A stretch of DNA of 64,000 nucleotides. Source: Octopus vulgaris (Eukaryota). The notes beneath the pieces were generated by a model, which worked only from the letters and a program-made list of their open reading frames with translations, was not told the DNA's origin and searched no databases. The stretch is from contig OX597820.1 of the NCBI GenBank assembly GCA_951406725.2, positions 3,038,001 to 3,102,000 of the forward strand, in the 5' to 3' direction. The position numbers and the translations under genes were made by a program. Below are positions 52,267 through 64,000 of the stretch, piece after piece. Position 1 is the first letter of the stretch. The number at the start of each line of letters is the position of its first letter.

Positions 52267-52419
52267 AAAATTACTATTTTTAAATCTCACAATGAGAGAT
52301 ATTCAGCCACAGTACTTAGTAGTAAAGATTGCTTGCCAACATAACATGGCAGTCCTGGTTAACAGTAACATTAGTCCTAAACCAGGACTGCCATGTTATG
52401 TTGGCAAGCAATCTTTACT
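52267..52419. mobile_element. Short family D hairpin insertion
   Basis: Arms AGTAAAGATTGCTTGCCAACATAACATGGCAGTCCTGGTT and its reverse complement; ACAAAAACA at 52254-52262 and 52420-52428. Confidence 0.75.
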
Positions 52420-52494
52420 ACAAAAACAGCTGATTTCTACAAAATTTATCCAGTGAAAGTTTTGTAGCAAATTCAATAACTATATTTTTTAAAA

Positions 52495-52845
52495 TTCTTT
52501 TATGTTTCAGTCATGTGACTGCAGCCATGCTGGAGCACAGCCTTCAGTCAAACAAATCGACCCCAGAACTTATTCCTTATAAGATCGGTCTCTTTTGCTG
52601 AACTGCTAAGTTACGGGGACGTAAACTCACCATTATCAGTTGTCAAGTGATGGTGGTGGGGACAAACACAGACACACATATATACACAATGGGCTTCTTT
52701 CGGTTTCCGTCTACGAAACCCACTCACGAGGCTTTGGTCGCCCAAGGCTATAGTAGAAGACACTTGCCCAAGGTGCCACGCAGTGAGACTGAACCCGTAA
52801 CCATGTGGTTGGTAAGCAAGCTACTTACCACACAGCTACTCCTAT
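52495..52845 (-). mobile_element. Family A SINE (a second copy follows at about 52968-53350)
   Basis: Consensus match. Confidence 0.85.
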
Positions 52846-54266
52846 ACTTATGAAAACATTTCTTTACTGGGTCCTCAACAAGTGACAGGAATTGAAAATG
52901 TGGACAGAAATCATTGAAGAGGGAAGGTTGCAAAATGGGAGAAATATGTAACATACTTCTATCTATCTCACTTGTTTCAGTCATTCGACTATGGCCATGC
53001 TGGGGCACTGCCATGAAGAATTCTTAGTTGAATGAATTAACCCCAGGACTTTTTTTTATCTATTTTTTTAAAGCCTCGTACTTATTTTATCAGCTTCTTT
53101 GATCAAACCGCTAAGTTACGGGGGACATAAAACACCAACACTGGTCGTCAAGCGAGGGAAGTGGGGGACAGAAACAAGAATGTGTACACACACACAATGG
53201 GCTTCTTTCAGTTTCCATCTACCAAACCTACTCACAAGGCTTTGGTCGACCTGAGGTTGAAGTAGAAGACACTTTTCCAAGGTGCCACACACACCGGGAG
53301 TGAACTTGGAACCACGTGGTTGGGAAGCAATCTTCTTACCACATGGCCATGCTTCTGCTTATTGCTACATATCTAACGAGCAGTTACTACGAACTTCTTC
53401 TTTAAACACAACATCATACATTCCAGTGGGATTTGATCTTAGAATGCCAGGCAGAAAGCTACTCTATCCGCTTAGTAACTGCTCATCATCATCATCATCA
53501 ATATCATATCAGTATTCACTAGCAACAAAGGCTGGATGATTTGACAGGATCTCATGGGCCCAAGGGTTGCATTGTGCTACAAATGTCTACTTTGGCATGA
53601 ATTCCAAAAGGTGGCTGCCCCTCCTATTGCCAAACACTTTATAGCATGCATTGGGTGCAGTTTGCAAAATTAGGAACCCTGGGGGAGCAACCTTACACTA
53701 GAAGATGAGGTAAAAGATGGGCAAAGTATGAGAGATAAGGGCCAGAGTAGAGCAGGTTTCTTGCTATAGTGGAGCTACATGACTTCTTACATTTTAGAAG
53801 AGAGGTGGGAGAGATTGAGTGGGACTGGAGTAGTAGTAGTAGTAGTAGTAGTAGCAGCAGTAGTATGGAGGCATGTGCTGTAACAGCATGTTGCTGCATC
53901 CACCAGGTATTGGTGATTCCCTACACTAGACAGATGATGCCCCTGCACTACTCAGGTGACAACCCTCTAACCCAGTGGTTCCCAGACCCCTGGTAGTCTG
54001 CAAAGGTAGTACCAGGGGTCCATGAACTAAAATAAAAATTTCACCCCTTTTAGTCACCATTTACAACACAGAGGAAATGTTGGGTCTATTCTTTGAAATA
54101 CTGGTCCTCTCACAGCACTAGAGCAATGTGAAATAAAGTGTTTTGCTCAAAAAATACAATATACTGCTTGGTCCAGGAATTGAACCCACAAACTGGTAAC
54201 TGTGAGTGCAATACCCTAACCACTAGGCCACAAGGAACTGGAGAGTGATTAAAACTGATTCCGTAC

Positions 54267-54397
54267 CTTTTTCGAGTTATCTTCTTTACTTGGTGTCAAT
54301 CTCTTCGGTTCAAACTTCTCATAAGGTTCACTGTCCGGGTGTCGCTTCATTCCGATCGATATATGAGATTTACATTTTTGGACGTCTGGGCCTCCCA
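54267..54397 (-). CDS. MICAL-L: MICAL-like protein, CH-LIM linker exon (LGGPDVQKCKSHISIGMKRHPDSEPYEKFEPKRLTPSKEDNSKK)
   Basis: Acceptor ttttattttcttAG, donor aagGTacgg; 131 nt, phase 1 to 0. Open frame that links the flanking exons exactly; GGP..KR resembles the post-CH linker of MICAL-L proteins. Confidence 0.85.
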
Positions 54398-56914
54398 CTA
54401 AGAAAATAAAACAAGTTTATTTACAAACAATTCACAAAAATATCAAAATCATAAAAATCATGTCAGGAATTTATGATTAAAGCACCAACATTAATTAAGG
54501 TCGATGATTTATAATGTTTTGTACAGCAAATACGAACTGATATGCAAAGCTGCTGCACTCCAAATATCACAGCATCTGATAATTTTCCCATCCTCACTGA
54601 AAATCGTTTTGTTCAATATTTGCCGCATTTTCTTTTCTTTTTCATCTCCCCCCCCCCCAACCCCCAGCCACCCAGACTTAAAACCAGGTCCCTTACAACT
54701 AATGACTCAGAAGTAGAGACTGACACAGTTGTGAAGCTGCACAACTGGAATTGATGAATGAACCATTGTCAGAGTTCTCACAGATGTCAGTATGGCAAAC
54801 TCATTAGTAACAACAACAACAATAACAATAATAAAAAAACAATAAAAAACAAAACTTTAGCTGTTATTGTTATGACAACTCCATAGAAACTCCAAGGTCA
54901 AAGTTACATCTCTAAATTCACATTTCTTTTTCAGAACTAGAAAACACTTCAGATCTGAACAATAGTTGGTCCCATATGAGGGATAAGTTTGCCCTAATTA
55001 GGCATACAGCCAATACACACACACACACACTCTCTCTCTCTCTCTCTCTCCTATTATACATCCATTAGAGACAAATCTTCAACGCTGTCGGACCACCTAC
55101 CCCGTCACGAAGCTGGATCTTCCACTGCTACTACAATCATTTTTAATCTCTAAATTTGCTGACAGTAAATAATTTTTCACTTAAATCTATTCGTCCCACC
55201 CAGATTTTCTCTTTCTGTCACTCTTTGCTCTGTCTTAACTAAAAATGACTCCCTCTGGAACTACCTTCCTACAAACCCTCAAACTGAACACTAATTAAGC
55301 CACCTCATCTAATTAACCGTTTCAGTCACTTTTGCAGAACAAAGAAAGGCTAACAGTACTTCCTGGTCTTCATGAGATTAAATAATTTTTTTTTTTAAAT
55401 GGTACACACGTAAAATGCCAGCGCCGCCTCGACTGGCTTCTGTGCCGGTGGCACATAAAAACATCCATCCGAACGTGGCCAATGCCAGACTCCCCTGGCA
55501 CCTGTGCCGGTGGCACGTAAAAAGCACCCACTACACTCGCGGAGTGGTTGGCGTTAGGAAGGGCATCCAGCTGTAGAAACCTTGCCAGACCAGACTGGAG
55601 CCTGGTGCAGCCCCTGGCTTCCCAGACCCCGGTCGAACCATCCAACCCGTGCTAGCGCGGAAAACGGACGTTAAACGATGATGATGATGATACATATATA
55701 TCTTTCTGATTATTCAAGCATAAACATGATAATATGAAAGACTACGTGGATAGACCAATCTTTCGAAAGGAAGTGAAAATAGAATATATATAAACTTGAA
55801 AATATGCAAATTAAAAGGAAAGAAAGAGCTTGAGTAATTATAATCTATTCATCATCATTTAACATCCGTTGTCCATGCTGGCATGGGTTGGACGGTTTGA
55901 CCAGGGCTGGTAAGCTGGAAGGCTGCACCAGACCCTGGACTGATTCGGTATGGTTTCTACGGCTGGATGCCCTTCCAAACACCAACCACTCTGAGAGTCT
56001 AAAGGGTGCTTTTATGTGCCACCAGCACAGGTGCCATTTGCATGACGCCAGTCTCTGCCACAACTGTGATTTTTCTTGGTTCGATGGGTCTTCTTCTCAA
56101 GCCTGACATAAGGCCAAAGGTCTCAGTCATTGCCTCCGTGAGGCCCAATCTGTATTTTTTTTTTCTTTTCGTGAGCCCTAGGATCCAAAAGGGGCCGGTC
56201 ATCCAGTTTCCATGGTGTATAAGTGACCAAAGTCACAGCATTCCGAATGCAGGGTCCAAAGCCAGGAATTATGAAAAGTTGATTACTTCAACCCCTGTAA
56301 TTACTTGAGTGGCATTTTATTTTATCAACCATCAAGGGATGAAAAACAAAGTTGACCTGAGAAGGATTTGAACTCAGAGCGTAAACAACTGGAAAAAATG
56401 CTGCTAAACATTTTGTTTGATGTGCAAACAGAACACCATTTTAGCCAGTAATTCACAATAACACAGGCCAACCCCCCACCCAAAAAAAATGCTCCCTGTT
56501 ATCAAAAAATCTGGGCCTGATCTAATTGTTTTGACACAAAGAATGCGAAAATGACAACCATTTATTACCATTATGTCAAGATTTTAGGATACTGGATCCA
56601 TAGAATTCTATTGTATTTTCTTTACAATAAAAATAGCTTATGAGGAACAAGGCATAACATACAGACACACATAGAAATTAGTTTATCTTCAAAAACAGAA
56701 CGTTTTCTTAAAATTCTGAAAAACTAGTAAAAATCTTTAAATTTCTATAGACAAATTACATCATTGTTTGTGCCTAATTCCCCATGAATTTGCATTTGGA
56801 TGATGTTCTTGAGTGCTGAACCTTTTAATAAGATCCCAAGCAAAGTTCCACCAAAAGTCCACCATCATGCACAAGTCCCATCTGCCAAATCAAACAACAT
56901 ACATTCCAGTTTCT

Positions 56915-57318
56915 TATTTCTTTATTGCCCACAAGGGGCTAAACACAGAGGGGACAAACAGCGACAGACAAAGGGATTAAGTTGATTACATCAACCCCAG
57001 TGCGTAAGTGGTACTTATTTTATCGACCCCGAAAGGATGAAAGGCAAAGTCAACCTCGGCAGAATTTGAACTCAGAATGTAACAGCAGACGAAATACCTA
57101 TTTCTTTACTACCCACAAGGGGCTAAACACAGAGAGGACAAACAAGGACAGACACACGGATTAAATCGATTATATCGATCCCAGTGCGTAACTGGGACTT
57201 ATTTAATCGACCCCAAAAGGATAAAAGGCAAAGTCAACCTCGGCAGAATTTGAACTCAGAATGTAGCAGCAGACGAAATACCACTAAGCATTTCGCCTGG
57301 CGTGCTAACCTTTCTGCC
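56915..57318 (-). mobile_element. Family B SINE, dimeric
   Basis: Two tandem units of about 185 nt, with the tRNA-like head at the right end. Confidence 0.85.
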
Positions 57319-57460
57319 ATACAACAAGGTGCACCCCAGTCTCCGAGTCGTTAGCTGAATACGAAACCCAACCAATGGCAACTCTTCTACAATTCTTATA
57401 ACATAATCTATAAATATTTTATTTATAATAAACAGAAGATGTTGATTACTGAAAACTCAC

Positions 57461-57599
57461 GTTTTTCTTTGTCCTTGAAGTAACTGTACAAACTTGCAAC
57501 GTAGGTGATAACACTAAGTTTGTCTGGGACTTGGAGGTCTTCCATATCTTTAGCCTCCAAGAGAGCAGTGACCCCAAGTTGTTCAGCAACAGTGAAAGC
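57461..57599 (-). CDS. MICAL-L: MICAL-like protein, CH-domain C-terminal exon ([46 protein letters not shown])
   Basis: Typical calponin-homology end motif 'AF..AE..LG...LL...DM.....PDKLSV.TY'. Acceptor aAG, donor GTgagt; 139 nt, phase 0 to 1. Confidence 0.95.
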
Positions 57600-59201
57600 C
57601 TTTAGGAATAAATTTAACAACATTAAATGCATAATTTGATGCACAAAACAAGTTGGAATTTGGATTTAATGAAAAAAAAATTTTTTTAAAACACTGATAA
57701 AGGACTATTTGGGGTTTTTTAGCAAAATTCTGTTTTAGCAAAATGCTTGTTCTTGGCAAGGATCAGCAAGTTCTGTTGTAAAACTTATAACCAATCATTT
57801 TGGTTTCATATCAAATCTTCTCTCTCTCATTCTTACAGTGATCCAGAAGTCCCTTTGGCATCGACCTGATATCGTCTATCTTTTACTTATTTCAATCATT
57901 GAACTGTGGCCATGCTGGGGCACCACACTAAAGAATTTGCTGTTGAATGAATCAACTGCAGGACTTGTTTATTTTCTTTTCCTTGTTTTTAAACCTGGTA
58001 CATATTTTGTCAATCTCTTTTGTTGAACTGCTAAACATAGCAACACAAGTTGTCAAGTAGTAGTGGTGGTGGGGGACAAACAGACAGACACGGGCTTCAT
58101 TCAGTTCCCATCTACCAAATCCACTCGCAAGGCTTTGGTTGACCCCAAGCCTATAGAAGACGGCACTTGCCCAAGGTGCCACACTGGGACAGAATCCAGA
58201 ACCATCCAGTTCTTACCACACGGCCACAAGATTTTTATATTTTATTTTAGTTGCTATTTTGCTTGATATGTTTTTATATTTTCCAGACTTGTCTCTTTGC
58301 CAAGCAAGGGATTCGGTCTGAGATGGTTTGTTGAGACTAAAACAATTGCAGCGTTAAAGACACTTCTATTTGCCATTCATTCAACAACAGAGAATCTATC
58401 AGCTTCACTTGGTACCATGAAAATCTTGACATCAATCCACAAAATGCCGAAGTGAAGCTGACCGTTTTTCAGAGTTGTTCTATGGCTAATATATGCATTC
58501 TATGCAGCAACATTTTTAATCTTTTTTGCCGTATCTTGAATGCCTCATATCCAAAACAGAGTAATCCATAAAAATACAAAAAACATTTAAAAACAAAGAA
58601 AACCTATAACAAAATATAAAAGTTTCAAAAGAATTCACACTTAAGCAAAAAAAATACTTTGTTCTCTTGGGAAAACATGAATTTGTATTTGCATTACAAT
58701 ACAAACTAGAATGTAAAATTCAGTAAAAATATATTTAAGTTTACCATTATTATCAAAATAAAATTGATTTTCCAGGAAAAAAAAAAATGATCATATGACA
58801 TTCCCTAATGGAACAGGTGTACTTTTATACAATAAAGTTCAAAGGTCAATTTTAAACTTGACCTTTCTTTTAGTTAGGATACTAAAACCTTTCCAATGTA
58901 TTTTAGACAGTTATTATGGTAGATTTTACTAAGCATACTTTTTCTATGCAACATAATACTAAAGGAAAGTCAGTGGGTCTTATACAAAAGACATTTTTTC
59001 TGGGGGTTTCATTGACTGCAATTAGAGTCACACTTTACAATGTGGGTGTGATTCCACAAATAAATGAAGTCACAAGTTATTTTGGGATCCGACACAAAAG
59101 CACATATTTAAAAGACAAAAGCCAACATGTAGGTGATGTGTGATAGGAGACAATAGGATAACATTAGAAACCAATTTACATTATTAAAGGAATAAACTTA
59201 C

Positions 59202-59250
59202 CAGATGGTTGTTGTAAAAGACATTTTCTTTGCAAAGAGAATCAAAGTTT
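59202..59250 (-). CDS. MICAL-L: MICAL-like protein, internal CH-domain exon (xNFDSLCKENVFYNNHL)
   Basis: Acceptor tttcttccccAG and donor GTaagt; 49 nt, phase 2 to 0. The peptide matches the CH-domain segment 'DFDSLSKENVYENN' and joins in frame to AFTVAEQ. Confidence 0.9.
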
Positions 59251-60849
59251 CTGGGGAAGAAAGTAAAAGAAAAATTTGTTAGTAAAGTGTACAATGCTTG
59301 TTTGCCAAGAGTACCATACTCGCCAGTCAAGAATATAACATTTGTTAGTTAAGAATATATTTGGCATTCAAGAACACAACTTTTGTCGGTCAAGAATATG
59401 TTAGAAGAAGAAAATAATCCTCCAGTGCCGTTTTCTCCTAACATCATAACATCCGAATCTTAGTAAAGACTGCAACACAAAAACTGGCTGCTCTCTTCAG
59501 AACCAGAATGTTCTTCGGCTCCAAACAGTTGAAGAACTCATAATAAAGGTCAAATGAGACCCACAATGGAATACCACTCCTATTTCTGGAATGGTGACTG
59601 CTACTCTACATCCAAACTCCAGAACTGCATCTCCAAAAAAAGACCATTTGACAGATTGGTACATAATGACTCACCAACGTCCTTCACTCTCTGACCCTCC
59701 CTCCTTACTCTGATTGGTCTATTACAATCACTAACTACTACCATAGTGGCCATTACTCCTTGGGAGTATCAGGATTTGCACCATCACCATCCAGACTCAC
59801 ATAATTCATCTTTTATAATCATTTGAAGTAGGGAGGTCTTGTCTTGCAAGTAATTGCTGGTCTCATTAATGCTGGTACCATGAAAGGCAGCCAGTACACT
59901 CTGTAAAGTGTTTGGCATTAGGAAGGGCTTCCAGCCATGGAAACCATGCCAAAGCAGGCAATTGGAGCTCAACTCGTTCCTTGGGCTTGTCGGTTCTTGT
60001 TGAACCATCCAACCCATGCCAGCATGGAAAAAGAAATTGCCAAATGATGATGAGGATGACTTCTGTCACCCATATCATCCACCCCATTCTGTATTTTGCA
60101 CAAACCGAGTCTTTCTTTGCAGAATATCGGTTCTCTGGAATTCACTCCCTCCCAACGCTTTTGGAGGTTGACCAGAAATTCAAGAAAACCAATCCGATTC
60201 GTTCAACCTCATCAACCACAAATAATTACAAAAGGCTGAAAGCAAAGCTTTATCTTCCAATCCATAGAAAGCAAAAGCTGTATCTGCAGTAAACCTGGTT
60301 CAATACGGATGGCCTCGGCAAAAAGAACAAATTTCCAGTTCTCTGTAGAGACCAGGTGAAATGTAAATTATTATATCACCCAGTTGTAATTTAGACAACA
60401 AAATGTTTTCTGCAGAACTACTGCAAAAATAACACTTTCTAATAGACTACAAAGATACAAAACCTTCAATATTTACACATATTGGTGATAAACACTTCAC
60501 TGCCACCATTTCTCTTGCTAATCTCTTTTGCAAAGAAATAGTTTTATACAAAATATTAGTAGTCTGGAGGGATGCAGAACTACATTATTTGTTCCCAGGT
60601 CTATCCTGACCTGGAGTAGTAACACCTATCAGGGCCCAAGCATGTCCCACACAGACAACCCAATGGGCCTAGGACAGATAAAGCCCTTCAGTTCTTTAGC
60701 TGCTCATCTGAGAAAAGGTAACTTCGTACAAACCCTACGTCCTGATAACTTAATGGCATCATAGGCACTTGGTGCAGGAGACCAATACAGGTTTGAAGGA
60801 TGAGAGAGAGTGGGAGTGGATCTGCACAATCCATGACCCCTATAGTAAT

Positions 60850-61221
60850 AATAAGAGCACTCAGAGAGTGCAAACCTCCACCAAGGCAACACCAACGTCC
60901 TTTCAACGATTAGCCAGAAATGATTTTTAAAATGAGAATATCTGAAATAATCTCGATTGCTCTCACAAACGAGAATCCTAAAAATGAACCTGACCAGTCT
61001 CAAAAATGAAGTAAAAAAAAACGGAAAAATAATTCAGAACCCTTGTCCAGTACCAGATTGATCCCAAAATATAATCAGTCGGTGCCAGTCACGAGGCCAA
61101 ACATTCCTTTGAAGTTTCATCTGAATCCATCGAGCGGTTCTTGAGATATCTTGTCCATGGACAAACAAACAAACAAATACGACTGAAAACAATACTTCCG
61201 CCTTCGCTAAGGCAGAGGTAA
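60850..61221 (+). mobile_element. Helentron/HINE-type non-autonomous rolling-circle element
   Basis: 5' AGAGCACTCAGAGAGTGCAAACCTCC, internal (ACAA)n, and 3' hairpin ACTTCCGCCTT-CGCT-AAGGCAGAGGT sharing the ACCTCC subterminal motif. Confidence 0.65.
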
Positions 61222-63732
61222 CGAAGCCCTGATGCCTTGTGGGGTGAGTTACCAAGGGTTTAAAGAAATGATAAGGGAATAAACCCCTACAAAAAATCCA
61301 GAGGGAGTGATCCTTAGGCAGATATGTTTGATTATACTTAACCAATATCTGACATCCCTTGCAACTCCATGGATGCTGCAAAGGTATTGACTTGTCTTTC
61401 TTTCATGGAACATCAGGGAATGGTAAGCGTACTTGGGACTAGGCATTTGCTTCTGGAAACAGCCCAGCCCCAGCAGGGCTGATTAAGTTACTGTTTCTAC
61501 TGTCAACCAATGAAGAAAAGGGCCAATCATTACTAAGTCTTACTGAATTTTCTGTTTGATTACTGTTTCTTTCTGAAAAAAGTTGACCCCATTTCCAGTG
61601 AACTTCTAACAGCAGATAAATTATGGCAAATTAATAAGTTTGGCCCTAATCCCATGAAATGGTTACAAGCCAGCAAAGGAGCCTGCACATGGTTCCTCAA
61701 CCTGCTAGAAATACTAATTAAACCTCTCATCAATTACATCCTACCCTCTTAAATAAATAACGAACACATTAGCCATGACAAAATAGGTCAATCACAACTG
61801 GAATGTCTTTGATCTTGAAACTCCTCAATTAAGATTGCCTTGTAACTAACACAACAACCATAATAAGTTTAACCCAACACAAAGAGAGAGGCTGAGACAA
61901 CAATTACAAAAAGAAAAGAAAAGAAATTAGAAAACACAGCCATTAAAACAAAGTAACATCCTCTTGTCTAGAAAGGATGTTTATTCCATCATTACTTAAT
62001 GACACTCTGAGATATTTATTTAACCAACCATCTGCTCTGCATCAATTATTCTTCACCCAATAATTATGGGTGCAGAAGAGAAGCCTATATAACAGGCTTT
62101 ACAGTAGTCGTTGTACAGCAGAAACCTGTTACAGTATAACAAGATTTAACAATGTGGTAATACCGACTCAAAAGAGAACTTGAGTGTGATAAGTGAGTGT
62201 ACTGCAACTGTCCGAGTCATTCACAACAAAAGCACTCAACAGTAGACTTCCTCTGACCCGGCACCACTTGAGAGCCGAGGATTGGCAGATAAGTTTTCAG
62301 ATATCTGATCATCACTTTTAAATTACTATAGCACTTTATCAAACTCATTAAAACTCCCTTTATAAATATATATCATCATCATCGACGTTTAACGTCCACT
62401 TTCCATGCTGGCATGGGTCGGACGGTTTGACTGAGGACTGGTGAGCTAGAAGGCTGTATCAGGCTCAATCTGATCTGACAAAGTTTCTACAGCTGGATGC
62501 CCTTCCAAATGCCAACCACTCTGAGAGTGTAGTGGGTGCTTTTTACGTGCCACTGGCACAAGGGCCGGTCAGGTGGTTCAGGCAACGACCACGCTCTAAA
62601 GGTGTTTTTTATGTGCTACCTGCACGGGAGCCAGTCCAGTGGCACTGGCAAAGACCATGCTCGAATGTTGCTTTTCAAATATATATATATATATATATAT
62701 ATACGTGTGTATATATACATACATACCTAGACACAAGCTTACCGTTAACAAAAGTTGGGATGGCGTTCAGTTATTCCATAAAGGAAAAATGCATTAAATA
62801 CTACAAAACAGAAGTAGGATAGACACCAGGACCCTAATTCTTCATCAGTTATCGACCGATGTATATAGATGTCCTCCTCATCATCAACATTTAACATCCG
62901 TTTTCCATGCTGGCATGGGTGGACAGTTTGACAGACGAACATCTTTCCTAGAACCAACCACTTTACAGAGTGTACTGGTTGCTTTTTATGTGGCACCAGC
63001 ACTGGCGCTTTTTATACGGTACCATCTTTGTGTGTGTGTGTACTTTTTACCTTTAGCTTGTTTCAGTCATTAGACTGTGGCCATGCTGGGGCACCACCTT
63101 GCGAAAATATTTTTACTCGAATGAATCAACCCCAGTACTTATTTTTTAAAGCCTGGTACCTATTCTATCGGCTTCTTTTGCTGAACTGCTAAGTTATGGG
63201 GATGTAAACCACACACACACACACACTTGAACTTCTTTCAGTTTCCATCAACCAAATCTACTCTGAAGGCTTTGGTCAACCTGAGGCTAAAATAGAAGAC
63301 AGTTGGTCATGGTGCCATGCAGTGGGATTGAACTTGCAACCATATGGTTGGGAAGCACACACACACACACTCATCAGTATTATCATTAATTTTCTGAATA
63401 TAGCAGAAATGAGAAAAATAGGAAGAAATATAATTTAAGAACAAGTTTTATTAACCTGATAAAAGACAGGAACCGTTGCAGAGAGAGAGAGGAAACCATT
63501 AAGCTGTTGTCTGAGAAGCAACAATCCACAGAAACCTTATTTTGATGACCCTAACTCAAGGAACTCAAATTCTTCTCCATTTTCTCACCAAAGCATAAGG
63601 TGTTCTCATATGTCTGTAACGTTAGCATTTAGCATCCCAGAAACCAGGTGTTTTGTACCCAGGTTATATGGATTTTATACCTGATATAAATTACTGTGGA
63701 TAAAGAAAGTCACAGGTAACTAGAGTTCTTCA

Positions 63733-64000
63733 GGCACAGGTATGGTTGTGTGGTAAACAATTCGCCTCCCAACCACATGGTACGGGGTTCAGTTCCACAG
63801 TGTGGTTGGTACCTTGGGCTGGTGTCTTTTGCTATAGCCTCAGGCCAGCCAAAGCCTTGTAAATGGATTTGATAGACAGTAACTGAAAGAAGCCCATCAT
63901 GTGTATATGTGTGTGTTTCTTTGTCCCCCCCCCCGCACAATCACTTGACAACTGATGTTGGTGTGTTTACATCCCCATAACTTAGTGGTTCAGCAAAAGA
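63733..64000 (+). mobile_element. Family A SINE (runs off the window end)
   Basis: GGCACAGGTATGGTTGTGTGGTAA head and consensus body. Confidence 0.8.

Noticed and set aside
59251-64000. First coding exon of the CH domain (WC...WRDGLAFCA)
   Set aside because: Not found; presumably lies beyond the window end.

Overview
AT-rich, repeat-dense eukaryotic DNA; the SINE families suggest a coleoid cephalopod, most likely Octopus (inferred from recognition, not a database search). One protein-coding gene spans the window on the minus strand. It is a MICAL-like (MICALL1/2-type) gene with a CH domain, a LIM-like zinc finger, a long low-complexity region and a bMERB coiled coil. I traced seven phase-compatible GT-AG exons (59202-59250, 57461-57599, 54267-54397, 50128-52209, 27409-27514, 5133-5232, 4304-4374); the first and last coding exons were not found. 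The introns hold tRNA-derived SINEs, decayed CR1/L2 and RTE LINE fragments, piggyBac-, mariner- and hAT-type MITEs, a Helentron-type element and microsatellites. The most notable signal is at least six distinct small repeat families carrying type I hammerhead ribozyme motifs (CUGANGA...GAAA...UH), most in Penelope-style fold-back insertions with target-site duplications. One family joins a tRNA-derived Pol III head to a hammerhead tail, and another forms a ~290-nt tandem retrozyme-like array. Nearly all other ORFs in the supplied track are repeat or microsatellite artefacts.
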